64,000 nt of DNA, taken from contig OY969585.1 of NCBI GenBank assembly GCA_963701295.1, positions 3,232,001 through 3,296,000 of the forward strand, given 5' to 3'. Positions 1 to 10,103 of this stretch are shown here, piece by piece. Position 1 is the first letter of the stretch. Each line of letters starts with the position of its first letter. Under the pieces are notes generated by a model, which searched no databases, was not told the origin of the DNA, and was given only the letters and a program-made list of their open reading frames with translations. This DNA comes from Ignavibacteriota bacterium. GTDB lineage: Bacteria; Bacteroidota; Ignavibacteria; UBA10030. A program made the position numbers and the translations under genes.

Positions 1-614
1 ATCCGATAACTCCCAAAAGGAATATGATGGAGAAAAAAGTCTCCGCTTTTACCAGTCTGTGTAATAAAATCCGGTTTTGCTGTCATAGGTTTCAACGTGT
101 CGGGATTCAACCCTTCCAGCTGGTACGCAAAAATCATGACACCAGCCGCTGCGTCTCCCTTTTTCATTGGAAAAACAATTCCCTCTAATCCTCCGCGGTC
201 AATATCTGGTCCGGTTGAAAAAGCCAGTGTGTACGCCTTAGCCATGTGCGCTTGTCCGCGAAAACGATCTCTGACATCCGTTCCGATATTTACAACGTAC
301 GTCGTATTACGACGAAGCTTTTCTGAAAATGCAATTTCTACTTCGGTACCACTCCAGTTGAATTCCAATGTCCCAATATACGGCGAGATAAAAATGGATT
401 CTTCGAGTGTTCGTTCTTCGACATATCGGTCGAATTCTAATCTTAATTTATTGTCGTTGAAATTCAGCTTGTTGCTATCCGGATATGTCGAAATGATTAC
501 TGGAGCAGTCATATCTACCGGCCCGCCCTCTGGTGGTTGCTGGTTTGCACATCCTAAAAGCATGACGACAGAAATAAAAAAAATGCTAAATAAAAAAATG
601 TTGGGATATTTCAT
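1..614 (-). CDS. Ig-like (Big_5-type) domain lipoprotein, truncated by the window start
   Basis: Not in the ORF track because its stop lies outside the window. The minus strand reads MKYPNIFLFSIFFISVVMLLGC-ANQQPPEGGPVDMTAP...LEFDRYVE...YVVNIG...AFSTG. It has a lipobox (LLGC) and the CAxxxxPxGGPxD motif typical of FCB-group Ig-like lipoproteins. An alternative in-frame ATG lies at 632. Confidence 0.75.
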   Translation of the reverse strand, partial: MKYPNIFLFSIFFISVVMLLGCANQQPPEGGPVDMTAPVIISTYPDSNKLNFNDNKLRLEFDRYVEERTLEESIFISPYIGTLEFNWSGTEVEIAFSEKLRRNTTYVVNIGTDVRDRFRGQAHMAKAYTLAFSTGPDIDRGGLEGIVFPMKKGDAAAGVMIFAYQLEGLNPDTLKPMTAKPDFITQTGKSGDFFLHHIPFGSYR

Positions 615-642
615 ACAATGGTACAGTTCCATGGCTTTCAAA

Positions 643-1677
643 TCACTTACTTGATAATTGTTTCAGTTCTCGTTTCGTGTGATGATACATACGAATGTTT
701 TTTTGATGATCGTTGTAATTTTTTGCAAACCGATGTCCGCCTATGCCTGTTGCAACAAAGAACAAATAGTCATGTGGTTCAGGATACAGTGTAGCTAGGA
801 TCGAAAGCTTTCCGGGATTATTAATTGGTCCTGGAGGAAGTCCTGTATGGCGATATGTATTGTACGGCGATTCTAAATCCAAGTCCAGATACCTCAACCT
901 TCTTCCTTCGCCAAGTGCATATTGCACGGTCGGATCTGCTTCCAGACGCATATGTTTCTTCAATCGATTCCAATAGACACCCGCAACCCTTGGACGCTCT
1001 TCATCAACATTCGATTCTGCCTCTACTATAGATGCAAGCGTGAGAATCTCTGACTGTGTTTTGCCGAGTTCCTCCTGTTTCTTCGTCAGACTATCATTGT
1101 AGAAATGCTTGAATCCATTCAGTATGCGTGTAAGAATTTCTTGTTCATCCGTCTGCCAGTAGAACGAGTATGTATCAGGGAGTAAATATCCTTCTATAGA
1201 CTTTGTGTTTATTCCTTGATCATGAATAAATTTTTCGTTTTGGCAGAGCGAAAGAAATAGTTTTTCATCGATTCCGAGATCATGTTCAAAACGATGCGCA
1301 ATTTTATCGAGCGGCCACCCTTCTGGTATTGTAACTGGAATGATGAGTCGCGATTTTCCATAACTAATGTCCCGCAAGATACTAAAATTGGATTGGCCGG
1401 AAACAAAAAGATATTTTCCAACTTTGATGGACTTCGTATAGCCAAGTATTCTACCAGCAAGTTCAAATGACCATGTGTTTCGGATTGCACCTGTGGTCAC
1501 AAGCGAGTCCGCAACCATCCGAAACGATGCCCCGCGTGAAATAGTGACGAGTTCGCCCTTCGGGTCATTATAATAATTCGGTAGCAGAAATATATAATAC
1601 GCACAAACAAGAACCACCGCAGCTACAGCACCCAATCCTATGAAAACCATTTTTTTCATCCTGATCGGCATCATCAT
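643..1677 (-). CDS. mltG: endolytic transglycosylase MltG
   Basis: N-terminal TM helix; VTIPEG, EGYLLPDTY, LASIVEAE, LEADPTVQY, SPYNTY..GLPPGPINNPG motifs. Confidence 0.95.
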   Translation of the reverse strand: MMMPIRMKKMVFIGLGAVAAVVLVCAYYIFLLPNYYNDPKGELVTISRGASFRMVADSLVTTGAIRNTWSFELAGRILGYTKSIKVGKYLFVSGQSNFSILRDISYGKSRLIIPVTIPEGWPLDKIAHRFEHDLGIDEKLFLSLCQNEKFIHDQGINTKSIEGYLLPDTYSFYWQTDEQEILTRILNGFKHFYNDSLTKKQEELGKTQSEILTLASIVEAESNVDEERPRVAGVYWNRLKKHMRLEADPTVQYALGEGRRLRYLDLDLESPYNTYRHTGLPPGPINNPGKLSILATLYPEPHDYLFFVATGIGGHRFAKNYNDHQKNIRMYHHTKRELKQLSSK

Positions 1678-1976
1678 TTTCTATTTCTAGGTTTCTTTTG
1701 TAGTTTCACATGTTCAAAATTTCGTGATTCGTGGACAATACACGAAAATATTTTACGAATAGCTCTGCGGGAAAATGGTCCGAGATTTATCGCCGAAACA
1801 TTTTGAAGGACTTCTTTCTCACGCTTCGGTGAATAGACATTAATGCCAGCCTGTTTTTTGATCCGTCCGATTTTGTCTACACATTGCGCCCGTTTGTTGA
1901 GCAGTTGAACTACTTTTTGATCGATGTTGTCGATACGACTGCGCCAACGGTAGATTTCTTTCTTCATATCGCCCAT
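1674..1976 (-). CDS. stand-alone AroQ-type chorismate mutase
   Basis: RSRIDNIDQKVVQLLNKRA...IGRIK...VYSPKREKEVL pattern of the CM_2 family; overlaps the mltG start. Confidence 0.85.
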   Translation of the reverse strand: MGDMKKEIYRWRSRIDNIDQKVVQLLNKRAQCVDKIGRIKKQAGINVYSPKREKEVLQNVSAINLGPFSRRAIRKIFSCIVHESRNFEHVKLQKKPRNRK

Positions 1977-1978
1977 TG

Positions 1979-2989
1979 TTATCGTAATTGAAGGTTCGGT
2001 TCTGCTGTGAGTTCAAAAGATGATTTAAATCCATGACGTAAACGTTCGTATCCTGCAGCTGCAACCATCGCACCATTATCGGTGCAAAAATCAAGTTTGG
2101 GGATAAAGAGATTCAAATGATTAATTTTTGTTTCAGCTTCTAAACGGCGGCGCAGTTCGGAATTTGCCGATACTCCTCCCGATACCGTAACATCTTTCAC
2201 ATTATACTTTTTCGCTGCTATCAAAAGTTTATCAATTAACACGTCTACAATCGCAGCTTGAAAACTTGCACAGACATCTGCAATAAATTGTTTGTTTCTG
2301 TTTATCGTCTTATCAAATCCAACTTTGCGAAGATAGTACAGCACTGATGTCTTTATTCCACTGAAGCTAAATTCATGCGAACCTTCTTCGAGATACGGGC
2401 GGGGAAAGTTGACGGCCTTCGCATTCCCATTTACCGCTGACTTGTCGACTAACGGTCCACCCGGATAGCCTATGCCCAGCATCTTCGCTACCTTATCGAA
2501 TGCTTCGCCGGCAGCATCATCTATAGTTTCGCCCAATAACTGGTATTGAAAATAATTCTTCACAAGAACAAGCTGTGTGTGACCGCCGGAGACAGTCAAG
2601 TTGACAAATGGAAACGACGGTTTTGGATCATCAATTAGGTTGGAAAAAATGTGCGCTTCCATATGATTGATGCCAATGAATGGAATGCCAAGCCCCATCG
2701 CCATCGCCTTGCCGAAACTTAGACCAACCAAAATCGAACCAATGAGTCCAGGACCATGGACAGCGGCAACGGCATCCAGATTGGCTTTATCCACCGAAGC
2801 TTTCCGAAGCGCGTCATCCACAATCGGCACAATGAGTTTTAGGTGCGCGCGCGAAGCCAATTCTGGTACTACACCGCCATGCTCGGAATGAAACAGCTGC
2901 ACAACTGTAACATTCGAAAGGAGCTTTCCGTCCCGAACGATAGCCGCAGATGTTTCATCACATGATGTTTCAATTCCAAGGATTATCAT
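1979..2989 (-). CDS. tsaD: tRNA t6A37 threonylcarbamoyltransferase TsaD
   Basis: ILGIETSCDET, GGVVPELASRAH, HMEAH, VSGGHT, DDAAGEAFDK, CTDNGAM. Confidence 0.97.
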   Translation of the reverse strand: MIILGIETSCDETSAAIVRDGKLLSNVTVVQLFHSEHGGVVPELASRAHLKLIVPIVDDALRKASVDKANLDAVAAVHGPGLIGSILVGLSFGKAMAMGLGIPFIGINHMEAHIFSNLIDDPKPSFPFVNLTVSGGHTQLVLVKNYFQYQLLGETIDDAAGEAFDKVAKMLGIGYPGGPLVDKSAVNGNAKAVNFPRPYLEEGSHEFSFSGIKTSVLYYLRKVGFDKTINRNKQFIADVCASFQAAIVDVLIDKLLIAAKKYNVKDVTVSGGVSANSELRRRLEAETKINHLNLFIPKLDFCTDNGAMVAAAGYERLRHGFKSSFELTAEPNLQLR

Positions 2990-3000
2990 AAATCAACTCA

Positions 3001-3029
3001 ATGATAATCAAAATTGACAAGCAGTGCAA
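3001..3029 (-). promoter_or_regulatory. sigma70-like promoter of the tsaD operon (TTGCAC-17-TATCAT)
   Basis: Minus strand TTGCAC TGCTTGTCAATTTTGAT TATCAT, ending 11 nt before the tsaD ATG; near-identical copy at 10075-10105. Confidence 0.7.
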
Positions 3030-3202
3030 ACTGGATATAAAATTTGAGGAGAAGGATAAAAATACTTTGTTTTATGCACTTCTCTCTGTGATCGTTCTCG
3101 ATTTAAAACCGCGTGAGCTATGGAGTGGCAATTGTTAGTTCTTCTCCCTATCTTTTTCGGAAATAATTATCTCCCTAGCAAATAGCTGATCAAGGCATTG
3201 CG

Positions 3203-6200
3203 ATGAGAAAACATTTTCTGAAACCCATACTCCTTTTTATCAGTTTATTTCTGACAGTCGCTGCAGTCACTTTCGGCAAAACTGTTATTTTCTTCGAGAA
3301 GAATTTCCCGACCATTGAGAACAGCGAAATCAGCCGTACAGCACTTGAGCATGCATTCGCATCTTTGAAACCTCGCTTCATCAACCTCGCTGAGCTACAG
3401 AAGAAAGATATATTGGCAGAGGGCGATCTGCTTGTATTGCCGTACGGATCAGCACTTCCCGCAGATGCATGGGAAACAATTCATCGCCATCTCAATCAAG
3501 GACATCTGCTTGTGTTGGGCGGCAGACCCTTCTTTGTACCTGTGTACCGAAAAGAAAACGATTGGCGAATTGACTATCCCCAGAATACATATGCCCGTTC
3601 TTTAGGCATTGAACATTCGTATGAGGCACCGCAGCATGGACCATGGAATATGCAGTGGGACGAAGATGCACCTTGGTTTCACAACACCAATTTACATGCT
3701 CGGCGAGTTTTTGTGAATGCAGGATTTGGGGAAAGATATCGAGGACTTTGTTTTCTTGTGAATGATCACGGCGATCGTCTTGCCGCTCCTGTTGTCGCTG
3801 AAGATTTTCTGGGCCTTAATCAATTACCGAGGCGTCGCGTGTACCTCAGTTTCGATGCGGAAGCTGAATTCTGGAATTCTCAAAACGGCATCGAATTGAT
3901 GCTGAAAGCAGCCATCTATGCATCTCTTGGCGGCAACAGGTTATGGCTCAATCTCCAGCAGCTTACAGTGGATCAGGGTGGATACATCTCTGGTTCCGTA
4001 GATGTTCTTCGCAATGGAAGACTTGCAAAAGTAACTCTTGAATTGCTTTCTGGATCAAAGATTCTCACGGTAAGAACCATGAACTGTGGTAATTCATTAC
4101 AAGAAAAAATCAATCTCGTGATACCATTGAATGATCCCGGACTCTATAAAATACGCGCTTCCTTATCTATCGGTGATACACTTTTTGAACGATATACATC
4201 GGGCGTTTTTGTACGCGATTCCACATTGCTGCGAACAGGGGAACGACTGGAAGCTGGACGAGACTATTTCCGGCTTAGTGGTAAGCCATACTTACCTGTT
4301 GGAGCAAATTATTTCGGTACTGATCCTTACACTCCAGGATTTTTCTACGGCGGCAGCCTTGGTGGAAACGCGTGGGTATGGGAAAAAGATTTTGCCGAAA
4401 TGGAACAACAAGGATTTACGATCGTTCGTACTGGAATCTGGCTTAACCGTGCATCGTACTTAAGTTGGGTAAGCGGTGCTCCGGATGAACGTTTATTAAA
4501 TGCTCTCGAAGCATACCTCATTGCAGCCGCGCATCATCATATGCAAGTCATTTTTACTTTTTTTGCATTTGATCCACAAACTGAGATGCAGGGACAAGGT
4601 CAAGATGGATCTCGATTGGGACCGGGATCAAATCCATACCTAGATCCGGTGGCAATTGAAGCACAGCTTCTCTATATTCGTGCAATCACCTCCCGTTTTC
4701 GGGATGTGCCATTTTTAAGTTTCGATATTATCAATGAACCAAGTTTTTCCAATCCAAAACGTATTTGGAAAGGTAATTCACCTAATGGAGATCCAGCAGA
4801 ACTTGCTGCATGGCAAAAGTGGCTTAAGAAGCGTTACAATACTATCGACGAACTTGCTCACGCATGGCGAACTACTCCTGTAGAATTAGCTTCATTCGAG
4901 AAAGTACCGCTTCCGTCTTTTTCTGATCTGGAATCATCTCGCTCTGGTAATCCGCAAAATGTTCGAGCAGTTGACTATAACCTTTTCGCACAGGACGCTT
5001 TTATACAATGGGTCAACACTATCATTCAAGGAATTCGGAGTACAGGAGCGCAGCAAGCGATTACCGTCGGTCAGGATGAGGGTGGTATTGCAGATAGAGT
5101 GCTCAATCAATTTTGGGCAAATTCCCAAGTCACGTATACTGTGAATCATAGCTGGTGGCGCGATGATGCGCTCCTCTGGAGTTCAATAGCAGCGAAAACT
5201 TTGAATAAGCCAAACCTTATCGGCGAAACAGGCCCTCAGCCGGCATCATCGATAGATGGTTCTTGGCGTTGGGATGATGTACAAGGAATGGCACTTCTTG
5301 AAAGAAAACTCGCCCTTGGTTTTGCATGTGCAAATGCAGGAGTTCTTCATTGGGATTGGTCACGCACAGATAATTTTGGAATCTTACGCCGTGACGGTTC
5401 ACAGAAGCAATGGATGGACGTTTTGAGAGGAGTAGCGGCATTTGCAGGCAATGCACAAACATATGCCACAGAAGCACAATTGCCTGAAATTGCATTGGTA
5501 CTGCCGCAGTCTCTTCAGCTCTCTGTCCTTTCAGGATGGGCTGTTGCAACACAGCAATATGCAGTACGAACATTGTACAATCAGGCTCGCGGAACTGCGT
5601 TCGTAATTGGCGAGTATCAACTTTCGCAAATGCCTGATGCCAAATTGATTATTGTTCCCTCCCCTTGGGTAATAAGTCAGGATGCATGGAATATATTGAT
5701 GACAAAGGTAAAAGCTGGCGCAATCCTTCTTATTTCTGGAAGAATAGATGCCGATGAACACTGGGCACCGATTCCTAAGCGTGTACGCGACTGGAATGTG
5801 GATTACAAATCTGCACCACTCACAACCCGTGAGGTAACGTTAGATTGGCCGGAAGGTACTGCGCATCTAAGTTATTCGGGCGACAAAATAACCTATGCTG
5901 AACGAGGTGTGCTCGGAAATAATAAGACCTTCCTTGATCTTCAGCTTGGAAAAGGCAGGATACTATATTTTGCACTGCCGCTTGAATTTGCGGATCAATT
6001 AAATGAAGTAGGACGCATCTACAAGTTTGCTATGAAACGCGCAGGAGTGAGCGCTGCGTACGAGACTAAGTGTGAAGATCCCGGTATCCTCATTTGTCCA
6101 ACTCAATTACCGGATGCTACTTTATATGTTTTGACATCTGAAAGTGCAGGTTCTGCCTCTGTTATATTTACGGATAAGAAAAGCGGTGCAGATTTTCAAC

Positions 6201-6280
6201 TAAACATTGCACCCGGAAGAGCGGCTCTGCTACTTATAGGCAAGGATGGAAAAATCATTGCTTCCTATAATGTCCATTGA
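3203..6280 (+). CDS. secreted clan GH-A glycoside hydrolase (GH42/GH5-like, beta-galactosidase/mannanase-like)
   Basis: Signal peptide; acid/base motif DIINEP; probable nucleophile IGETG; GH42-like WLKKRYNTIDELAHAW segment; C-terminal trimerisation-like domain. Confidence 0.7.
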   Translation: MRKHFLKPILLFISLFLTVAAVTFGKTVIFFEKNFPTIENSEISRTALEHAFASLKPRFINLAELQKKDILAEGDLLVLPYGSALPADAWETIHRHLNQGHLLVLGGRPFFVPVYRKENDWRIDYPQNTYARSLGIEHSYEAPQHGPWNMQWDEDAPWFHNTNLHARRVFVNAGFGERYRGLCFLVNDHGDRLAAPVVAEDFLGLNQLPRRRVYLSFDAEAEFWNSQNGIELMLKAAIYASLGGNRLWLNLQQLTVDQGGYISGSVDVLRNGRLAKVTLELLSGSKILTVRTMNCGNSLQEKINLVIPLNDPGLYKIRASLSIGDTLFERYTSGVFVRDSTLLRTGERLEAGRDYFRLSGKPYLPVGANYFGTDPYTPGFFYGGSLGGNAWVWEKDFAEMEQQGFTIVRTGIWLNRASYLSWVSGAPDERLLNALEAYLIAAAHHHMQVIFTFFAFDPQTEMQGQGQDGSRLGPGSNPYLDPVAIEAQLLYIRAITSRFRDVPFLSFDIINEPSFSNPKRIWKGNSPNGDPAELAAWQKWLKKRYNTIDELAHAWRTTPVELASFEKVPLPSFSDLESSRSGNPQNVRAVDYNLFAQDAFIQWVNTIIQGIRSTGAQQAITVGQDEGGIADRVLNQFWANSQVTYTVNHSWWRDDALLWSSIAAKTLNKPNLIGETGPQPASSIDGSWRWDDVQGMALLERKLALGFACANAGVLHWDWSRTDNFGILRRDGSQKQWMDVLRGVAAFAGNAQTYATEAQLPEIALVLPQSLQLSVLSGWAVATQQYAVRTLYNQARGTAFVIGEYQLSQMPDAKLIIVPSPWVISQDAWNILMTKVKAGAILLISGRIDADEHWAPIPKRVRDWNVDYKSAPLTTREVTLDWPEGTAHLSYSGDKITYAERGVLGNNKTFLDLQLGKGRILYFALPLEFADQLNEVGRIYKFAMKRAGVSAAYETKCEDPGILICPTQLPDATLYVLTSESAGSASVIFTDKKSGADFQLNIAPGRAALLLIGKDGKIIASYNVH

Positions 6281-6399
6281 GCTTTTTATAGAATAAAAAT
6301 CTTTTGCGACTATACAAGATCCATCGAAAGGCATAGACAGAAATGAAATTTTTCATCGAGGGATAACAATCTGAATAAATAAATTCTCTACGTTTCACA

Positions 6400-7557
6400 T
6401 CACCCAATATAGACTCTCGGCACACGCGAACTGATGCTGCAAAGAAACTCATAGGAAACGGTCCCAATTTTATCGCAGAGGGATTCAAGAGGGATAGTGT
6501 TGCCATCCATTTCACCGAAGAGCAGAACATCATCCCCATTGTATGCTGTTCCATCCATCCCGATATCGACCATACATTGATCCATACATATCGTCCCCAC
6601 AACCGGATATTTTTTTCCGCGAACAACAACTTCGCCTTTATTTGAAAGCTGACGAAAATATCCGTCGCCATATCCGATAGGTAAAGTCACAATGCGTGTT
6701 TGCTTGCCTGGGGCATAGGTATGGTCATAGCTTATTCCGGTTTGGGCAGGTACTACTTTGAAATAAGCGACCTTCGTCTTCAGTGTCATGACGGGCTTCA
6801 GTTTCTTATCGCCAAACCTAACATCAGGCAAATATCCGTTCGGATTATATCCGTAAAGCATAATTCCAGGCCGCACCATGGTATAATGTGAATTCTTATA
6901 ATTCATGATTCCGGCCGAGTTGGCAATGTGAATAAGTTCAGGCAGGAGCCTCTTTTTTTCTATCATATTCAATACCGACTCAAAACGATTCAATTGTTGG
7001 TTTGTAAAATCGGGACCCGTCTCGGCTTTTGCGAAGTGTGAGCATATTCCTTTAATGGTCATGGATTTGCATTGATAGGATGTTTCAATAAAGCGCTCTG
7101 CATGATTCCAATGGACACCAATACGTTCCATGCCTGTATCGATCTTTAAATGAACTTTTGCCTCTTTCCCCATGTCCTTTGCGGCAGTTGCTATGGCAGC
7201 AGATTTATCAATGGAAGAACTTGTAATTTCGATATCATGTTGTATGAATTCTGCAATTTGATCGGTATTAATAGCACCGAGCACAACAATAGGAGCTGTG
7301 ATTCCACATTTTCTTAAATAGACTCCTTCTTCAAGAAATGCCACACCAAGATACTCGACACCTTGTTTCAAAAGTTCGCTTGATATTTCATACAGCCCAT
7401 GTCCGTACGCATTCGCTTTGACCATCGCCATAATTTTTACATCATTGTGAATGAATGACCTGACGATAGAAAGATTATTACGCAAGTTGTCGAACGATAT
7501 TTCTGCGCGAGTAGGCCGGTTTTTATAGGTTTCAACTCTTGCAATCATTTCGGTCAC
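6400..7557 (-). CDS. alr: alanine racemase
   Basis: MVKANAYGHG (PLP lysine), HLKIDTGMERIG, VRPGIMLYG, GYGDGY, ICMDQ. Confidence 0.93.
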   Translation of the reverse strand: MTEMIARVETYKNRPTRAEISFDNLRNNLSIVRSFIHNDVKIMAMVKANAYGHGLYEISSELLKQGVEYLGVAFLEEGVYLRKCGITAPIVVLGAINTDQIAEFIQHDIEITSSSIDKSAAIATAAKDMGKEAKVHLKIDTGMERIGVHWNHAERFIETSYQCKSMTIKGICSHFAKAETGPDFTNQQLNRFESVLNMIEKKRLLPELIHIANSAGIMNYKNSHYTMVRPGIMLYGYNPNGYLPDVRFGDKKLKPVMTLKTKVAYFKVVPAQTGISYDHTYAPGKQTRIVTLPIGYGDGYFRQLSNKGEVVVRGKKYPVVGTICMDQCMVDIGMDGTAYNGDDVLLFGEMDGNTIPLESLCDKIGTVSYEFLCSISSRVPRVYIG

Positions 7558-7639
7558 CTATGATTAATCTTATGCGCTGAAGAGTATGTTGATCACATTC
7601 AATAAAAATACCTGCAATCGATTTTTTTAGATTGTAAAA

Positions 7640-8797
7640 CTATTTTTCTTCTGGATCAGATAAGTTTTTGTGTATAATTTTCGCCCCATCGAAACCATTG
7701 AACGTGGTTGATGACGCAGTGCTATAAGCACCGATGTTTTCCGTATATAGAAAATCGCCTACTTCTAGATTTCCCGGCAATTCTGCTGAGAGAGTAATTT
7801 TATCGAAGCTGTCGCAGGTAGGCCCGACAACCGCACAAACTTCTTTCTCACCTTCTTTGAACGCAGTAAAGTTCGGAATCCAATGATCGTAGACCACGCC
7901 GGAAAATGTATGGTACACACCATCATTAATGTGGTAGAAGATTTTGCTGTCCCTTCGTGCTTTTCCGATGATTTCTGAAACCAGCGTGGCTGCTGTTGCA
8001 ACAATGAATCGCCCGGGTTCAGCAAGAATTTCTATGTCATCCGGAAAGAGGCGCTTGAATTCTGAGTTTAACAATACTGCCAATTGTTTAAATTCTGGCA
8101 CTTGAGGATCGTACGGAACCGGAAATCCGCCGCCAATATCCACTAAATTCAAATTGAATCCTTTTTTGCGAGCGTTGTGGAATATCTCCGAAGTAAACGC
8201 AAGCGCCGAAGTATAATTATCAAAGTTTGTGCACTGGCTTCCCACGTGGAAACTGATGCCTTCCACTTTTAATCCCATGTCAAATGCTTGGTGTATCAGT
8301 TTCTCTGCATCTGCGAGTTCGGCTCCGAATTTCGAGCTCATCTCTACTTGCGAACCTGTGTCCGGAACTTTCAGCCGTATGACTAATCCTGCTGTATCGC
8401 AATAGTCCTTCAACTTTTTCAGTTCAGCAGCATTATCATAGGTCACCAGAGGTTTATATTGTTTGATCTTCTGTAGTGTTGCACGATCTTTGATTGTGTT
8501 GGAAAAAATGATTTTGTCCCATATAAAATGCTTTTTTTCTTTCGTTTCGAAGTGCCTAATATATTGATACACCTGCATGAATTCGTTGTACGAGGCAACA
8601 TCAAAGCTCGATCCCTCTTTGAACAACGTCTCGACGATTTGCTGTGTAGAATTCGCTTTCACCGCATAATAACACTGAACACGCGGCAGGTGTTTTTTGA
8701 ATGTCCTGTAGTTCTCCCGAATCTTGTTGTGATCCAGTATGAACAATGGTGTACCGTGTTGTACTACTAATTTTAAGAGATCATCTTTCATGGTCAA
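7640..8797 (-). CDS. fold-type III PLP ornithine (lysine/ornithine) decarboxylase
   Basis: YAVKAN, SKFG, FHVGSQ, DIGGGF, EPGR, YDH specificity element, GPTCDSFD, GAY. Confidence 0.88.
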   Translation of the reverse strand: MTMKDDLLKLVVQHGTPLFILDHNKIRENYRTFKKHLPRVQCYYAVKANSTQQIVETLFKEGSSFDVASYNEFMQVYQYIRHFETKEKKHFIWDKIIFSNTIKDRATLQKIKQYKPLVTYDNAAELKKLKDYCDTAGLVIRLKVPDTGSQVEMSSKFGAELADAEKLIHQAFDMGLKVEGISFHVGSQCTNFDNYTSALAFTSEIFHNARKKGFNLNLVDIGGGFPVPYDPQVPEFKQLAVLLNSEFKRLFPDDIEILAEPGRFIVATAATLVSEIIGKARRDSKIFYHINDGVYHTFSGVVYDHWIPNFTAFKEGEKEVCAVVGPTCDSFDKITLSAELPGNLEVGDFLYTENIGAYSTASSTTFNGFDGAKIIHKNLSDPEEK

Positions 8798-8837
8798 TTC
8801 TCACGTCAATCAATTTATCATAGTCGTTGCATTCACA

Positions 8838-10028
8838 TTATGCAGACAATTTTCTTATTAGTTCTTTGAGTTCCTCAATTTCCTTATTGTTCTCAAGATA
8901 TGATTTAATCAACTTTTCTCGTAATTCTTGTCCACGATCATACAATCGTTTTGGCTTCTTTGGTTTCGTCGTTTGCAAAACATATGCGGCCATCAGTGGA
9001 AATGCTACTGTCACATCAACATAGGCAGTAACCGTCTCTTCAATTTTCGTCGGATCGATTTTTCCCCAACTTGCAGCTTCGCTCGGCGGTGCGCCGGAAA
9101 GTCCGCCGGTATCGGGACGTGCATCGGTAATGTTAATATCATAATCCTGCCCGGCTTCTGGAATCATCAGCACTTCTTGTATCTGCGGCTCGGTTTGCAG
9201 CATAAAGTTCTTGGGACTTCCGCCCCCGATGAGAATCACGCCGGTCTTTCCTTTTTCGTATTGCTTGGCGTTCAAGATGATTGCTGTCGAATCATTGACA
9301 TCGATACTCGGATTGATCTTCAATTTAAACTTATCCAATAAACCTGATGCCTCAGCTAAGAGTTCCACTCCAGCAATATTCATCCCGATTGTGGAATCAC
9401 CCGGCGATGAAGTGAAAACCGGAATGCCGTTGCGAAACGCTGCAGCAAGAACACTCACCTGTCCGATGTTGCTCTGTTGTTCAATGTCATTAAGGACTTT
9501 GCCGAGGTGATGATAGAATTCTCGTGTTCCCATTTCTTTTTGAAATTCCGGACGCAGCATAATCTTCCGCAGGATTTTATCCGTTTCCATCAATACATCT
9601 TGATAATCAAAAAGGATGTCATAAATTCTTGTCACACCTTTTTCGCGCAGATCGGCATCATCCACATTATGACTGCCCCGGTAGAGCGGCATGTTCAATG
9701 CAAAGTGCATATCGTGATACATATTGGCGCCGGTGGCGGTCAGCCAATCTACAAAACCATGATTCATCAACGGAATAATAGTTGATGGCCCTAAACCTGC
9801 TGGAGTTAATGCGCCAGCGATGCTGAGACCAATCGTGACATCTTCCTGAGAATATTTATCCCGCAATAATTGACAGGCAGCTCGAAGCCTTCCACCGTTG
9901 TATGCATCCATATTATCTATGACGGCGGCAAGATTGCTGTCTTTTGAGATGGGCTGAGGAAGCACTCTCTTTCCATTGAGATATTTATCTTTACCCGGAC
10001 AATCCTTTTTATGGTGTTCCATGAACAT
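8838..10028 (-). CDS. speY: deoxyhypusine synthase-like protein (probable homospermidine synthase, SpeY-type)
   Basis: AGALTPAGLG, TGANMYHD, GDSTIG, GGGSPKN, DTGGLSGA, catalytic EAASWGK. Confidence 0.85.
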   Translation of the reverse strand: MFMEHHKKDCPGKDKYLNGKRVLPQPISKDSNLAAVIDNMDAYNGGRLRAACQLLRDKYSQEDVTIGLSIAGALTPAGLGPSTIIPLMNHGFVDWLTATGANMYHDMHFALNMPLYRGSHNVDDADLREKGVTRIYDILFDYQDVLMETDKILRKIMLRPEFQKEMGTREFYHHLGKVLNDIEQQSNIGQVSVLAAAFRNGIPVFTSSPGDSTIGMNIAGVELLAEASGLLDKFKLKINPSIDVNDSTAIILNAKQYEKGKTGVILIGGGSPKNFMLQTEPQIQEVLMIPEAGQDYDINITDARPDTGGLSGAPPSEAASWGKIDPTKIEETVTAYVDVTVAFPLMAAYVLQTTKPKKPKRLYDRGQELREKLIKSYLENNKEIEELKELIRKLSA

Positions 10029-10074
10029 TCCTTTCTGCGAATACCATTAGGTTTGTTTACTTTTCTTGGGCTTT

Positions 10075-10103
10075 ATGATAACCAAAAATGGCAAGCAGTG
10101 CAA
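10075..10103 (-). promoter_or_regulatory. sigma70-like promoter of the DHS-ODC-alr operon (TTGCAC-17-TATCAT)
   Basis: Minus strand TTGCAC TGCTTGCCATTTTTGGT TATCAT; 28/31 identical to the tsaD promoter region. Confidence 0.7.

Noticed and set aside
97-654. 185-aa plus-strand ORF
   Set aside because: Antisense shadow of the minus-strand Ig-like lipoprotein, which has a lipobox, a family motif and operon context
3121-3130. TGGAGTGGCA also found just before rpmB (10320-10329), a possible extension of the duplicated region
   Set aside because: Only 10 bp, at a different distance from the 31-bp repeat and with no flanking similarity; compatible with chance
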